A stretch of 64,000 nucleotides of DNA, taken from positions 224,001 to 288,000 of the forward strand of contig CAVYNY010000010.1 of the NCBI GenBank assembly GCA_963769935.1, in the 5' to 3' direction. Origin of the DNA: an uncultured delta proteobacterium. Lineage in GTDB: Bacteria > Desulfobacterota > Desulfobacteria > Desulfobacterales > JAFDCJ01. Made by a program: the position numbers and the translations under genes. This document shows, piece by piece, positions 11,069 through 22,087 of this stretch. Position 1 is the first letter of the stretch. Every line of letters starts with the position of its first letter. Below the pieces are notes generated by a model. The model saw only the letters and a list, made by a program, of their open reading frames with translations, was not told the origin of the DNA and did no database searches.

Positions 11069-11207
11069 GTGACGGCCTCCCTTTCGAGTTTTATTTTTTC
11101 TTATGACTCCTAAACACGTCGCTGCGAAATGAGTTGATACTTATTCGAGACCAAGGCGCAAGTCAAGTGCCAAGTCAAACAAAAGAGCAGGACGCGCTAT
11201 TTCCTTT

Positions 11208-12194
11208 TCAAGCCAGATAGTCTTGTCTGTGCAGTCGTCCCCGAATTTCATGGCCCATCAAAAAGTTTTTCACGTTTACCAAAGCGCTTCGGGTTGCGTG
11301 TGACATGGCCCCCGGCACGTGATCGGCGCAATGCGGCGAACCGATGATGTTCGGCAATTCGAAAAATGGAAATTCAGGCTTGAATGGCCCCGGCTCGACG
11401 GGTTCCGACCACCAGGTATCGATGCCGGCCCGGAATTCCGGATGTGTTTTCAGGTGATCGTAAAGCGCCTTTTGATTGACAACATCTCCCCGGCCGACAT
11501 TGATCAAAATGGCATCTTCCTTCATCCAGTTCAGTTCTTTTTTTCCGATCATATCCCGGGTGGCGCGGGTCAGCGGCGTAGCCAAGACTACCACGTCGGA
11601 TGCTTCCAAAACCTTTCTCAGATCATCCTCCGTGCCGATAAAATCAACCGGGGCCTCGGTTTGGCCGCTGCGGTTTAAGCCGTAAATGTGCATGCCCATC
11701 GCCTGCATGGCTCCGGCAATCTTTCTTCCGTTGCCGCCGAATCCGACAATGCCGCAGATGCCGCCTCTAAGCTCCTGGTTAAAACCGGTTCGATCGAATT
11801 TGCCATCCTGCAATAATTTATTTTTGGGTACCAGCTTTTTGGCCAGAGCCAGGGTCAGGGCCAAAACATGCTCGGCAATGGGTCCGGCGAACGCCCCGAC
11901 ATTGCCGGCCAAAATAATACCGGCCGGGATATGCTCAAATGGGATCTTGTCTGCGCCGGCATAGATAAGCTGAATGAAGCGTGTGTTTTGAAGCATCGGT
12001 ATTTCTTCGGAAGTAATCTCATTTCCAGAAAAACTTAAGGCAACAACAATCTCTGCGGCTTTAAGCAGTCGGTTTCGATTGCTCTCGGATTCTTCCTTGA
12101 GATAATAAACTGGTGCCAGATTTTCTAATACTTCCCGATAAATATCCCTCTCTTCGGCACCAGGTTGGTAAATCACTAAAATGTTTTTGCTCAT
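11208..12194 (-). CDS. D-isomer-specific 2-hydroxyacid dehydrogenase
   Basis: GIVGFGGNG, LINVGRG and IGSPHCA motifs. Confidence 0.9.
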   Translation of the reverse strand: MSKNILVIYQPGAEERDIYREVLENLAPVYYLKEESESNRNRLLKAAEIVVALSFSGNEITSEEIPMLQNTRFIQLIYAGADKIPFEHIPAGIILAGNVGAFAGPIAEHVLALTLALAKKLVPKNKLLQDGKFDRTGFNQELRGGICGIVGFGGNGRKIAGAMQAMGMHIYGLNRSGQTEAPVDFIGTEDDLRKVLEASDVVVLATPLTRATRDMIGKKELNWMKEDAILINVGRGDVVNQKALYDHLKTHPEFRAGIDTWWSEPVEPGPFKPEFPFFELPNIIGSPHCADHVPGAMSHATRSALVNVKNFLMGHEIRGRLHRQDYLA

Positions 12195-12370
12195 AACACT
12201 GCTTATTATGCTTTACTAACCTATTTGCTGTTTAACCCCTTCAATCGACTTCAGCGATTCCAAATGTCTAAATTTATCCCGTGAAATACATGGTCATGTC
12301 AGCGAAGCGGATTTCACTGGGACCATCCAAACTCTCTAAACCATCTAAACGATCACAACGAACTAAATCC

Positions 12371-13681
12371 TCATTTTAGATTGCAAAGTCTTTTAACAAT
12401 ATCCCCAAAGACCTCTGTTCCCTTTATCATGTTGGCTACCGATATTCTTTCATCGATGCCGTGAATCCGGTTGAGGTCCTCGCTGCTGATCAACATTGGG
12501 CACACGCCGTAGCAGGAAATTCCTTTGTTTCTGAAAAACCGGGAATCGGAGGCACCAAGCAGAAGCGAGGCCACAGTCAGAGCACCCGGAAAGTGATCCA
12601 GATAAGCATTTTTTATGATCGAAAACTCTTCGGTATCCGTCACAGATTCGCTGGCCCAGTCTTTATTGACCGTTTCGACCTTGATGTTATCATCCGCCAG
12701 CATTTTCTTGATAGCGGCAATGACGGCATCCGGATTCGTGCCGGGCAATAATCGAATGTCAAATTCGGCTTCTGCCGAACTGGGTATCACATTAATTTTA
12801 TCCCCGGCGCGCATCCTGTTTAAACTGAACGTATTTCTCAGCATAGCAGATATTTGAGGGACATTGATCATGCCGCTCTGGGTTAAAACCTCGATGAGTG
12901 TTTCCTGTTTTCCATCCTCTAAAAAGGGTTTCAGAAACTCCCACTCGGTCCCCAGCTGTTTAATAAACTCAGCGATCAGGGGGGTGACGACAAGCGGATT
13001 CACTTCTGTCAGAACCCGGTTCAAAGCCTGGACCATCTTTTCCAGGGCATTATCACCATGCGGCGTGCTGCCGTGTCCGGCTGGTCCGGTGCAGGTCAGT
13101 TTAACCTGGCATACGCCTTTTTCGGCAGTTGCAATCATGAGAAGTGGCCGATTGGGAAACATATTATCGATTCCAAATCCGCCTTCATTAAGGACCAGGT
13201 CAGCCTGAAATTCATCGGCATAATTGTCCAATAGATATTGCGCGCCTCGTCCCCCGCCGCTCTCCTCATCCGCCACCGCCAGAAACATAATATCACGGCA
13301 GGGGGTAAGTCTTCTTCTCTTTCACCTCCAGAAAAGCAAGCAACTCCAGGATGCCGAGGCTTTTCATATCCAGGGCGCCCCGGCCGTAAATAAAGCCGTC
13401 TTTTATCTCACCGCTGAATGGATCAACACTCCACTCCTCAGCCCTGGCCGGTACGACATCGATGTGATTCAGTAGAATACCAGCGCTCCTTTTTCTCCGG
13501 TCCCGGGTAACACCGCCTTGATCGAACGGCGCCCGGGGGATGCTTCATAAACTTTGTAGTCAATCCCTTCTTTTTTGAATATCCCGGCAAAAAAATCGAC
13601 CCCTTTATCCTCATTGCCGGGGGGGTTCGTCGTGTCAATTTGCAGATACTGTGACAGCAATTCAACGGCTTCGTGTTTCAT
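12371..13681 (-). pseudogene. M20/M25/M40 metallopeptidase interrupted by two compensating frameshifts (pseudogene or sequencing error)
   Basis: IDTTNPPGNE in frame [10 protein letters not shown]...GRGALDMK in frame B (about 13315-13478); ADEESGG...HGIDE back in frame A. Confidence 0.8.
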
Positions 13682-13939
13682 AGCAATTTCTTAGCTTAAG
13701 GTGATCCGGTTGCAATATGGCGTCGTCAAAGAGGTATCGGCAACAGTTAACATATGACTAAAATGATCTAAGATGCCTAAAATGAACGATGTTGATCATT
13801 TTTATGAATGAGCCCCCAATTCCTATCACTATGAGCTACGAACTATCAGCTATGAGCTCATATCATCCAGCATCAAGGATCTTTCATTATGGTAAAAAAA
13901 ATATCAACCACCGACAACCAGAGTGAATATCTGAAGTCA

Positions 13940-14835
13940 CTATCCGTTCAGAAGACTCGCCTTTACCAATATCTCCCTGATTTCCGACTTTTCCTTTTCG
14001 GACGCCGGCAGAAGCGGCGGGCGGGGTTCTCCGCCGAAATAGCCCAGCATATCCATGGCGGCCTTCAGGCCGGGGACGCCATAGGTGGCCGTTATGGCCT
14101 GATTGACCGGGATCATTTTAAGCTGCAGTTTTTTAGCCGCTTCAAAATTACCTTCTTTTACCAGCTCATATATTTCGACACACTGCCGCGGTGCGACATT
14201 GGCCAGGGCCAGCACGCCCCCGACACAGCCCAAAGCGAGGGCGCCGAATAAAGCGCCGGCGGTGCCGACCAGCAAATCGAAATTCGCATGGACATGATTT
14301 GCAAATTCACCCAGCTGAATCACATTGCCGGTGCTGTCTTTGATACCGACAATGTTGGCATGGCCCGATAACTCGGCGACCAGTTTGCAGGACATGTTCA
14401 CATGGGTAAATTTGGGAACATTGTACAACAAAATCGGGATCGGGGAATGATCGGCAACGGCTGTGAAGTAAGCCAGTAGCGCCGTTTCATTCATTCGACC
14501 GCCGAAATAGTGCGGCGTAACCACCAGCGCCGCATGGGCACCGAGCCCGGCACAATCACAGGTCAGATCAATGGTTTCTTTAGTTGATTCACAACCGGTG
14601 CCGGCAATAACCAGCATATGGTCCGGCGTCAATTCAACAGTCTTTTCAACGAGTTTTCTTTTTTCATCTGCCGCTAAGTAAACATACTCCCCGTTGGAAC
14701 CCATCACAACCAGGCCCTTAAGTCCGGTCCTGCTCCATTTTTCAATGTTGGCTGCCAGCCCATCATAGGCGATATTGCCGTTTATAAAAGGTGTGGGGAT
14801 GGGGGGAAAATTCCGTGTAAATCAATTTTGGACAT
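13940..14835 (-). CDS. DapA-family aldolase, 4-hydroxy-2-oxoglutarate aldolase-like; -1 frameshift in the homopolymer at 14801-14806
   Basis: Adding one C restores MSKIDLHGIFPPIPTPF...; GSNGE, YNVPKFT and GIKDS Schiff-base motif. Confidence 0.82.
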
Positions 14836-15133
14836 TCTAAAATTCCTTTGTTGAATTCCGAGAGTAACTTGCCATACTCAAAAATAGAGATAAAAAAACA
14901 CAAGGTGAAAAAATAGTGTCAGGTGTCGGTCCTTCGCCGCGCCGCAGCGGTTTCGGCCGCGCAGGCGGGTGTCTGAGTGAAAAAACGCAACTAATTTAAC
15001 CAAGGCAGTTTCCCGTGAAAATCCGGGACAAGAATGGCAGATGGTTCAGGGTCGAACTCCGCTTTGTGAAAAATGAGCAAATTTCATGATGACCATCTCA
15101 ACCATCTTAACGCCGACAGACTTCCCAAACGTC

Positions 15134-16393
15134 TTAACCAACCTGGTGATTCAAACCGGCCACCACCTGGGAAATATGACAGACTTTGGTCTTCAGCTCA
15201 TGCCGGCGAATGCCGTAGGACAACTGAATCATGCATGCCGGACAGGAAGTCACCAGCAAATCCGCATCGGTTTTTTTGAGATTTTCCATTTTCCGATCCA
15301 GCACCCTCTGGGACAGCTCATAATGGGAGAGTGCATAGGAGCCGGCTCCGCCGCAGCACCAATCCGCTTCGGGAAGCTCTCTATACTCAACACCTTCAAT
15401 TTTTTTAAGAATCTCTCGCGGTTCTTTGGTGATCTTTTGCCCGCGCGATGCATGGCAGGGATCATGATAGGTGACGACCACCGGAGCCTGCTTTTTTGCC
15501 GCCAGGTTGTCATTTGAAAATATCAACTCCACCGCATCCCGAAAACGCGGGGCTATATTTTCCGCCTGCGCCTGGCGTTCGTCGCCGGCAAAGATAGCCG
15601 GATATTTTTTCAAAAAGGATGCACAGCTTGAGCAATCCGTAACAATGACATCAAAATTATCGGAGGATAAGACATCCAGGTTTTTTGCGGCCAGCTTTTT
15701 GGCAGCGTCCAGGTCGCCATAGGAATGGGCCGGCAAACCGCAACAGCAATTATTCAGCAGAGTAACCGTTTTACCGATTTTTTTCAATAGCTGCAGCGTG
15801 GCTTCACCGGCTTCCTGTTGAATGACATCGACACCGCAGCCCACAAAGTAGCCGATGTGCTGCGTCTCTCCGCTGCCTTCGTAAACTCCGGGTTTGATGC
15901 GATCCCTAAACGGCAAGGGCGGAAGCTTTTCAATGATGCCTTCGGCCCGGGCAAAATCGCGGCCGAAAACCCGCAGCAGGCCCAGGGCGCGGGCCAGGCT
16001 GGATACGCCCGTGTTTTTCCCCAGCGCAACGGCGCGCGCCGCCAGATGCAACCGGCGGGGATAGGGTAGCAGATAATCAAAGAGCATCTTGTGAATAGGT
16101 TTGCGGTCAACCTTTTCAAGATATTCTGACCGGGCTTTAATCACCAGATCGGATGTGGGAACGGCCGGAAAGCAATTGGCCGTGCAGGCCCCACAACCCA
16201 GACAGTCAAAGAGCGGATCTTCGAGCTCTTTGTTCCAATCCAAACGCCCTTCGATGAGGGCCCGCAAAAGGGCCAGCCGGCCGCGGGCAACGCCGGATTC
16301 ATGACCGGTGGATCGAAATATCGGACAGGCAACCTGGCAGAAACCGCACTTGTTGCACTGTGAAATTTCATCATAGTATTTAGATATGTCCAT
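15134..16393 (-). CDS. glcF: Glycolate/D-lactate oxidase iron-sulfur subunit (two 4Fe-4S plus two CCG domains)
   Basis: CNKCGFCQVACP, CLGCGACTANC, CCGLP, YHDPCH and CCGGAGSY motifs. Confidence 0.88.
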   Translation of the reverse strand: MDISKYYDEISQCNKCGFCQVACPIFRSTGHESGVARGRLALLRALIEGRLDWNKELEDPLFDCLGCGACTANCFPAVPTSDLVIKARSEYLEKVDRKPIHKMLFDYLLPYPRRLHLAARAVALGKNTGVSSLARALGLLRVFGRDFARAEGIIEKLPPLPFRDRIKPGVYEGSGETQHIGYFVGCGVDVIQQEAGEATLQLLKKIGKTVTLLNNCCCGLPAHSYGDLDAAKKLAAKNLDVLSSDNFDVIVTDCSSCASFLKKYPAIFAGDERQAQAENIAPRFRDAVELIFSNDNLAAKKQAPVVVTYHDPCHASRGQKITKEPREILKKIEGVEYRELPEADWCCGGAGSYALSHYELSQRVLDRKMENLKKTDADLLVTSCPACMIQLSYGIRRHELKTKVCHISQVVAGLNHQVG

Positions 16394-16430
16394 TAAGAAT
16401 CCATTCCTTATTTCAAAATCAGCAAGCTTA

Positions 16431-16585
16431 GGGTTCACGAAAAAATTAATTCACAGTTTTGGCGTTGAGGCGCCCGCCCGGCAAGGCGCGAAAACGCAGG
16501 AATATCTGGATATTCCGAGCTTTCGCAACGCAGCCGGGCGGGATGCAGCGGCGTATAAAATGTGAAGTTATTTTTGAGTGAGCCC
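16431..16585. mobile_element. MITE-like non-autonomous element
   Basis: 25-bp imperfect terminal inverted repeats (20/25 match), TTA on both flanks, internal GC-rich hairpin, no transposase. Confidence 0.7.
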
Positions 16586-16643
16586 TTAGCCGGCTTAACT
16601 CTCAATCCGATACCCTTCGCGCTATGCTCTTTGCGCTATGCGC

Positions 16644-19235
16644 TTATACTTTCCCGGGCAGTCGACCGGGTGCAAAGATATTATCAGGATCAAGCTCAGC
16701 CTTTATCTTGTGAATAATCTTCCAAGCTGCTTGGGGCCGCCCGAACACGTCGCTGCGCTTTCTAAAATCATCGGGAGCCTTTTCCAACAGCAAATGTCCG
16801 TCATTTTCCGAGGCGAGACTGCATATCCTGTTCCATTGCTCTTCGCTCAGCTCCTCAAGACCGGCCAGTATCCTGCCGCAGCCGGAATCTAAAAATACAT
16901 TCGACAGCGACAGATTGTCATCAAGTGTCCTGAGGAAGCCGGCACACCGGTTCAATAGAAAATCACCCCGCAGGATGAAGGATGATCGTGCCAGTTTTTC
17001 GTAAATTTCACCAAAGGCGCCCTCGTGCACCGGATAGTCGGATTGCTGCATCACCTTCAGCCGGCCTTTCTGCAGCATGCTGCTGCATTTTTCGAGCTGA
17101 TAGTCGACGGTTTGGGAAAACCCTTCAAAACCGACGACGATATTCCAGATGCTGCGGTCAGCTTCGGCTCCCGGAGGATTTCCGGGCAGGCAGGTCACAA
17201 AAACCGGCTGGCAGTTGGACTTAAGAACCTCAAGGGCCGCGGCGGTGCATGCATCCAGCGAACCTTCGGCGGTTATCGCGGCACAGCGCTGCGGCAGAGT
17301 CGATACCCGCCAGGTGGCTTGCGTGATAAAACCGAGTGTTCCGGCCGAGCCGGTGATCAGACGGGTGATATCGTAACCGGCGACATTTTTAACCACCCTG
17401 CCGCCCGCAGATATCAAATTGCCGGCACTGTTGATGAAACGCAGACCCAGCAGAAGATCGCGCGGTGCGCCGTAGAGCAGACGTTCCGGTCCGCAGGCTG
17501 CCAGTGCAACCAGCCGGCCGATGGTGGAATTTTCTTTGAAAAAGGGCGGTCGAATCGGCAGCCACTGCTTGTGCTCCTGTAATTTTTCCTGCAGCGCTTT
17601 TAAAGTCATGCCCGTCCCTGTGGTAATCACCTGATTGGGCGGATCATACTCGATGACATCTGACAGGGAAGCACTTGCAAGATGCAGGGCATCGGGGGCC
17701 GACAGATTGCCGTATTGACTGTAGGTTCCGCCGCCCACGGGAATCACCTTCTGTCTCCGGGAGGCTGCGCTCTTGATCTGGGCCACAATTTCGGCGTCGG
17801 CGCCGTTGCCGGAAACGCCGCGGACCGCTTCTTCTTTATCGTCTTCTTTGGGCGGGGGAATCACCTTGCCGGGGTTGAGAATATTTGAGGGATCGAACGC
17901 ACGTTTCAATGCGCGCTGAACCATGAAATCATTTTCCGAAAAAACCATGCGCATGGCTTCCCGTTTCTCCAGCCCGATTCCGTGCTCACCGGATATGGTA
18001 CCACCCAGATCCACACAGGCTTGCATAATTTCCCAGCCGGCTTTTTCGACCCGGTGCAGCTGATCCTTGTCTCTGGAATCAAACAGCAGCAGCGGATGCA
18101 GATTGCCGTCGCCGGCATGAAAGACATTGCCGTGTTGACAGCCGTATTTTTTGGTAATCTCGGCCACCTTGGCCAGAGCCTCCGGCAATTTCGTGCGGGG
18201 CACGGTGGCATCGTTGACCAGATAATTCGGCGCCAGGCGGGCAACGGCACCGAAAGCACCTCGTCTGCCCTGCCATAGCCGGTTGCGCTCCGCATTGTCC
18301 TTGGCTTCCTGGATGTTGCGGCAATTGGTTTGCATGCAGATTTCCTGGATGCGCAGCGCCTGTTCCTTCAGGCCGGCTGCCGGACCTTCCACTTCAATGA
18401 TCAGAACGGCAGCGGCATCCCGCGGATAGCCGCAGGCATAGCTGTCCTCCACAGCTTTTATAATTGTGGCGTCCATCATTTCCAGCGTGTTGGGCAGGAT
18501 GCCGGCGGAAATGATGCCGGATACGGATTTTGCTGCATCGGCAATCGATTCGTAGATTGCCAGCATCGTGATGACCTTCTCTGCTTGGGGCAAAATGCGC
18601 ACTGTGATCTCCGTGACGATAGCCAGGGTGCCCTCGCTGCCGACCATGGCGCCGCGCAAATCCAGACCCGGCGGGTCAAGCGCGGCACCACCGATTCGCA
18701 TAATTTCACCATCCGACAGGATCATTTCCATTCCCAGGATATGATTGGTGGTTACCCCGTATTTCAGACAGCGCGGGCCACCCGAATTTTCACCGATGTT
18801 TCCGCCAATGGTCGAGACTTTCTGACTGGCGGGATCCGGTGCATAAAAATACCCCAAGGCTGCTGTAGCATCCTGCAGTTCCAGGTTGGTCACCGCCGGT
18901 TGAACCACCGCATAGCGGCTTTCGGGATAGATCCCCAGAATTCGATTCAGACGGGAAAGACAGATGATCAATCCCTGATCAGCCATAATCGTGCCGCCCG
19001 ATAGGTTGGTTCCAAATCCGCGGGGCACAAAGGCGACGGCTGCCCGGCGTGCGGCCCGCACGATCCGGGCGACCTGATCGCCATTGGCGGGAAAAACCAC
19101 AACACCGGGTTTTCCTTTGGCCAAAGAAGCATCATAAGAGTATAGTTCAGAGATAGTTCGAGACTTCGAAACCTGCTCTTTGCCGACAATGCTTTCCATC
19201 TCACGAATAAAAGTATCCGATATCATTTGGCTCAC
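16644..19235 (-). CDS. glcD: FAD-linked glycolate oxidase GlcD-GlcE fusion
   Basis: N-half PRGFGTNLSGG, PDPASQ, FHAGDGNLHP, GEHGIG; C-half GGRVVKNVAGYD and C-terminal LDPDNIFAPGR. Confidence 0.88.
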   Translation of the reverse strand: MSQMISDTFIREMESIVGKEQVSKSRTISELYSYDASLAKGKPGVVVFPANGDQVARIVRAARRAAVAFVPRGFGTNLSGGTIMADQGLIICLSRLNRILGIYPESRYAVVQPAVTNLELQDATAALGYFYAPDPASQKVSTIGGNIGENSGGPRCLKYGVTTNHILGMEMILSDGEIMRIGGAALDPPGLDLRGAMVGSEGTLAIVTEITVRILPQAEKVITMLAIYESIADAAKSVSGIISAGILPNTLEMMDATIIKAVEDSYACGYPRDAAAVLIIEVEGPAAGLKEQALRIQEICMQTNCRNIQEAKDNAERNRLWQGRRGAFGAVARLAPNYLVNDATVPRTKLPEALAKVAEITKKYGCQHGNVFHAGDGNLHPLLLFDSRDKDQLHRVEKAGWEIMQACVDLGGTISGEHGIGLEKREAMRMVFSENDFMVQRALKRAFDPSNILNPGKVIPPPKEDDKEEAVRGVSGNGADAEIVAQIKSAASRRQKVIPVGGGTYSQYGNLSAPDALHLASASLSDVIEYDPPNQVITTGTGMTLKALQEKLQEHKQWLPIRPPFFKENSTIGRLVALAACGPERLLYGAPRDLLLGLRFINSAGNLISAGGRVVKNVAGYDITRLITGSAGTLGFITQATWRVSTLPQRCAAITAEGSLDACTAAALEVLKSNCQPVFVTCLPGNPPGAEADRSIWNIVVGFEGFSQTVDYQLEKCSSMLQKGRLKVMQQSDYPVHEGAFGEIYEKLARSSFILRGDFLLNRCAGFLRTLDDNLSLSNVFLDSGCGRILAGLEELSEEQWNRICSLASENDGHLLLEKAPDDFRKRSDVFGRPQAAWKIIHKIKAELDPDNIFAPGRLPGKV

Positions 19236-19260
19236 TCGGTTTTATTTTTGTTTGTTCGAA

Positions 19261-19953
19261 TCAGGGTTTCACCCACCTGACAGCCAGAAAGGCGCCTGTC
19301 GCCAGGTTTCTTTTTTGCCCTGCCAGTTCAATTTCAGAAGCCCGACCGGGATCTTCGTCCTTTTGAAAATGGATCGCCGTCTTCACCTCGGCAGCGGCGC
19401 ACGCAAGGGCCCGCATATCATCCGGTGACCTGAAAATCATTTTCTGAAACAGGCGATGACCTTCTTTAGCTTTGTGCTTCCGGCGGGTGGCCCAGGGACT
19501 CAGGCTGTTTAAGGTTGTAACAACGATGGTGCCGCGCTTTTTGGTCACGCGAAATAATTCCCCGACAGCAGCCTGTCCGTCCTCGATAAACTCCAGGGCG
19601 GTCATCGAAAAGACCCTGTCAAAGCATTCCCCGGCAAAAGGCAGGGATATCATATCACCGGCAACGGCCTGGAAAGCATATCCCTTGGCCTTTTGATTGG
19701 CCCGCCGCAGCATCGGACTTGATATATCGAGTCCTATAACACGCGGTCCGCAGGAAAGGATATCGCCGGTAAACACCCCGGTTCCACAACCGACGTCCAG
19801 TATCACCTCTCCGCCCCCTGGCTTCAAAAAATCGAGGAGAAGCTCGCTTTCGTATCTCCTCACCAGGGCCCCGACCGGTGTTTCAAACCACTTATCATAT
19901 CGGTCGGGCCATTCGTCGAAAAGTCTTCCCGGGGTGTCAAGCTGAACAGACAT
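19261..19953 (-). CDS. Class I SAM-dependent methyltransferase
   Basis: ILDVGCGTG, GLDISSPML and LPFAGECFD motifs; start approximate. Confidence 0.85.
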   Translation of the reverse strand: MSVQLDTPGRLFDEWPDRYDKWFETPVGALVRRYESELLLDFLKPGGGEVILDVGCGTGVFTGDILSCGPRVIGLDISSPMLRRANQKAKGYAFQAVAGDMISLPFAGECFDRVFSMTALEFIEDGQAAVGELFRVTKKRGTIVVTTLNSLSPWATRRKHKAKEGHRLFQKMIFRSPDDMRALACAAAEVKTAIHFQKDEDPGRASEIELAGQKRNLATGAFLAVRWVKP

Positions 19954-20051
19954 ACAATTCTGCCATCCTGCCTTGCTGCAATAGTTGATAAAAAACAACG
20001 ATTTTGCATGCCGTGGGCGGCTGTCTTTAATCGGCCGGATGGGCCTTGCCG

Positions 20052-20264
20052 CTATTCCATTACAATCAGAACAGCCTCTGCTTCCACTGCATCACCTTTT
20101 TTGCAGTTCACTTCTTTTACCGTACCGGAGGCCTCGGCCACTATGGGCAATTCCATTTTCATTGCCTCGATGATGACAACTTCTTCACCTTCCTGGACAC
20201 TGTCACCTACCTTTACCTTAACCTCAATAACCTTTCCTCCCATCGGCGATTTAACTTCACTCAC
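20052..20264 (-). CDS. Stand-alone biotin carboxyl carrier protein (70 aa)
   Basis: EAMKM biotinylation motif; GTG start after GGAGG RBS. Confidence 0.92.
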   Translation of the reverse strand: MSEVKSPMGGKVIEVKVKVGDSVQEGEEVVIIEAMKMELPIVAEASGTVKEVNCKKGDAVEAEAVLIVME

Positions 20265-20397
20265 GGCTGATTCCTCCTCTATCTTTATTTGCATTTAACA
20301 GCAAAGCAATTGCGGCTGGCCGCAAATTGCCCACCCTAACACTTTACATTCTTAGAACCGGCTGATTCATGATCGAGCCAATTCAAAATTAACCTCT

Positions 20398-20877
20398 TTA
20401 GGCTTTGGCGGGCGCCCTTTTCCCTTCCATTTTTTTGACGGATCGCGAAATGATCGCGCCGGAAACGGACATGCCGACCAGAAGAACAAGAAGCACGATA
20501 AAAACGCCGAAAAATCGTAAAATAAGGGTCCCGATGATCCAGGTCCAGTTGTCCTTCGTAATCACAACCAGGGCGCCCTTCGCATCATCCTTGGAGATTG
20601 TGATGGAATGCCATTTCAGATTTCCATCATCCTCGATGTAAGTGGCATCCTTCCAATTGCGATATTTGATATCTTTAAATTGTTCCAGTGCCTTTTTATA
20701 GTACTGGAGAACCTCGTCATGGGTTTTCCCGGAGTTCAGCTCCAATCTTTCCTTGGTTTTACTGATTTGCACGGCTCCCGGGATCACCGGCGCACCTAAA
20801 AAGTCATCGGCCCGGGACCATCCGGATACAGACACAATCCAACACACAATGAGCGTTAACAATATGATCTTTTTCAT
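20398..20877 (-). CDS. OadG-like membrane subunit with signal peptide and extracytoplasmic domain
   Basis: MKKIILL signal peptide, soluble domain, C-terminal TM RFFGVFIVLLVLL; lies between oadB and the biotin carrier gene. Confidence 0.6.
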   Translation of the reverse strand: MKKIILLTLIVCWIVSVSGWSRADDFLGAPVIPGAVQISKTKERLELNSGKTHDEVLQYYKKALEQFKDIKYRNWKDATYIEDDGNLKWHSITISKDDAKGALVVITKDNWTWIIGTLILRFFGVFIVLLVLLVGMSVSGAIISRSVKKMEGKRAPAKA

Positions 20878-20926
20878 TTTCCGTCCATTCAAATTTCGAT
20901 GAGTGGTTGAACTTTTAAAACGGCTA

Positions 20927-22072
20927 TCAATCAAACATGGCGATAAACATACCGGCTGCGGCCGCCGACCCGATAACACCGGCGAGATTGGGTCCCATGG
21001 CGTGCATCAGCAGATGGTTTGTCTTATCGTATTTCGTACCCTGAACCTGGGATACCCGGGCCGCCATGGGAACGGCGGAAACCCCGGCCGAACCGATCAA
21101 GGGGTTGATCTTTTCTTTTAAAAAGAGATTCATGATCTTCACCGTGGCAATACCGCCGACGGTGCAGACACCAAAGTCAATCAGCCCCAGACCGAAAATG
21201 AAAAGCGGTTTCCAGCTCAGGAAGTTGTCGGCACTCATGGTTGCGCCGACCGAAACCCCCAGAAAAATGGTCACGATGTTCATCAATGCGCCCTGGGCAG
21301 TCTCGGTGAGCCGGCCGACAACCCCGCTTTCCTTCATCAGGTTGCCCAGCATGAACATGCCCATCAACGGCATGACAGACGGCACCAGCAGTGCGATAAT
21401 AGCGGCCGTAACCAGGGGAAACAGTATCTTTTCCTGCCGTGAGACGGGCCGCAGCTGGCGCATTCGTATCTTGCGCTCCGCGGGGGTGGTCATCCACTTC
21501 ATGATGGCCGGTTGGATCAGCGGCACCATGGCCATGTAGGAATAGGCCGCCAGCGCATTCGGACCGAGCAGCTGCGGCGCCAGGTGCTGGGTCAGATAGA
21601 TGGTCGTCGGACCGTCGGCCCCGCCGATGATGCCCACCGACGCCGCCTCCTTGAGGGTGAAGCCGGCCAGCACGGTGCCCGTAAAGGTGACGAAAACGCC
21701 CAATTGCGCTCCGGCTCCGACGAGCAGCGTTTTGGGATTGGCTATCAGCGGACCGAAATCGGTCATGGCGCCCAACCCCAGGAAGATGACACAGGGAATC
21801 ACCTCCCATTGCAGTCCGTAGTGATAAAATATCTCCAACAGATGGCGGTTGCCATCGGCTGATATTCCCATCATGGGCACCAAGGGAAAATTGACGATAA
21901 AAATCCCGAATCCAATGGGCAGAAGCAACAGGGGTTCAAATTTTTTGGCGATGGCCAAATAGATGAAAAACGAGGCAACCCCCCACATGATGATGACGTT
22001 CCAGTGGAAATTGAACACTCCGGTAGTATAGAGGATACCCCTCAGCATATCCAAAATTTCATTCGCAGTCAT
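20927..22072 (-). CDS. oadB: Na+-translocating decarboxylase beta subunit
   Basis: FEPLLLLPIGFG, GIIGGADGPT, AAYSYMAMVP, GVSAVPMAARV and HAMGPN motifs. Confidence 0.95.
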   Translation of the reverse strand: MTANEILDMLRGILYTTGVFNFHWNVIIMWGVASFFIYLAIAKKFEPLLLLPIGFGIFIVNFPLVPMMGISADGNRHLLEIFYHYGLQWEVIPCVIFLGLGAMTDFGPLIANPKTLLVGAGAQLGVFVTFTGTVLAGFTLKEAASVGIIGGADGPTTIYLTQHLAPQLLGPNALAAYSYMAMVPLIQPAIMKWMTTPAERKIRMRQLRPVSRQEKILFPLVTAAIIALLVPSVMPLMGMFMLGNLMKESGVVGRLTETAQGALMNIVTIFLGVSVGATMSADNFLSWKPLFIFGLGLIDFGVCTVGGIATVKIMNLFLKEKINPLIGSAGVSAVPMAARVSQVQGTKYDKTNHLLMHAMGPNLAGVIGSAAAAGMFIAMFD

Positions 22073-22087
22073 TTCGCAACCATCTCC

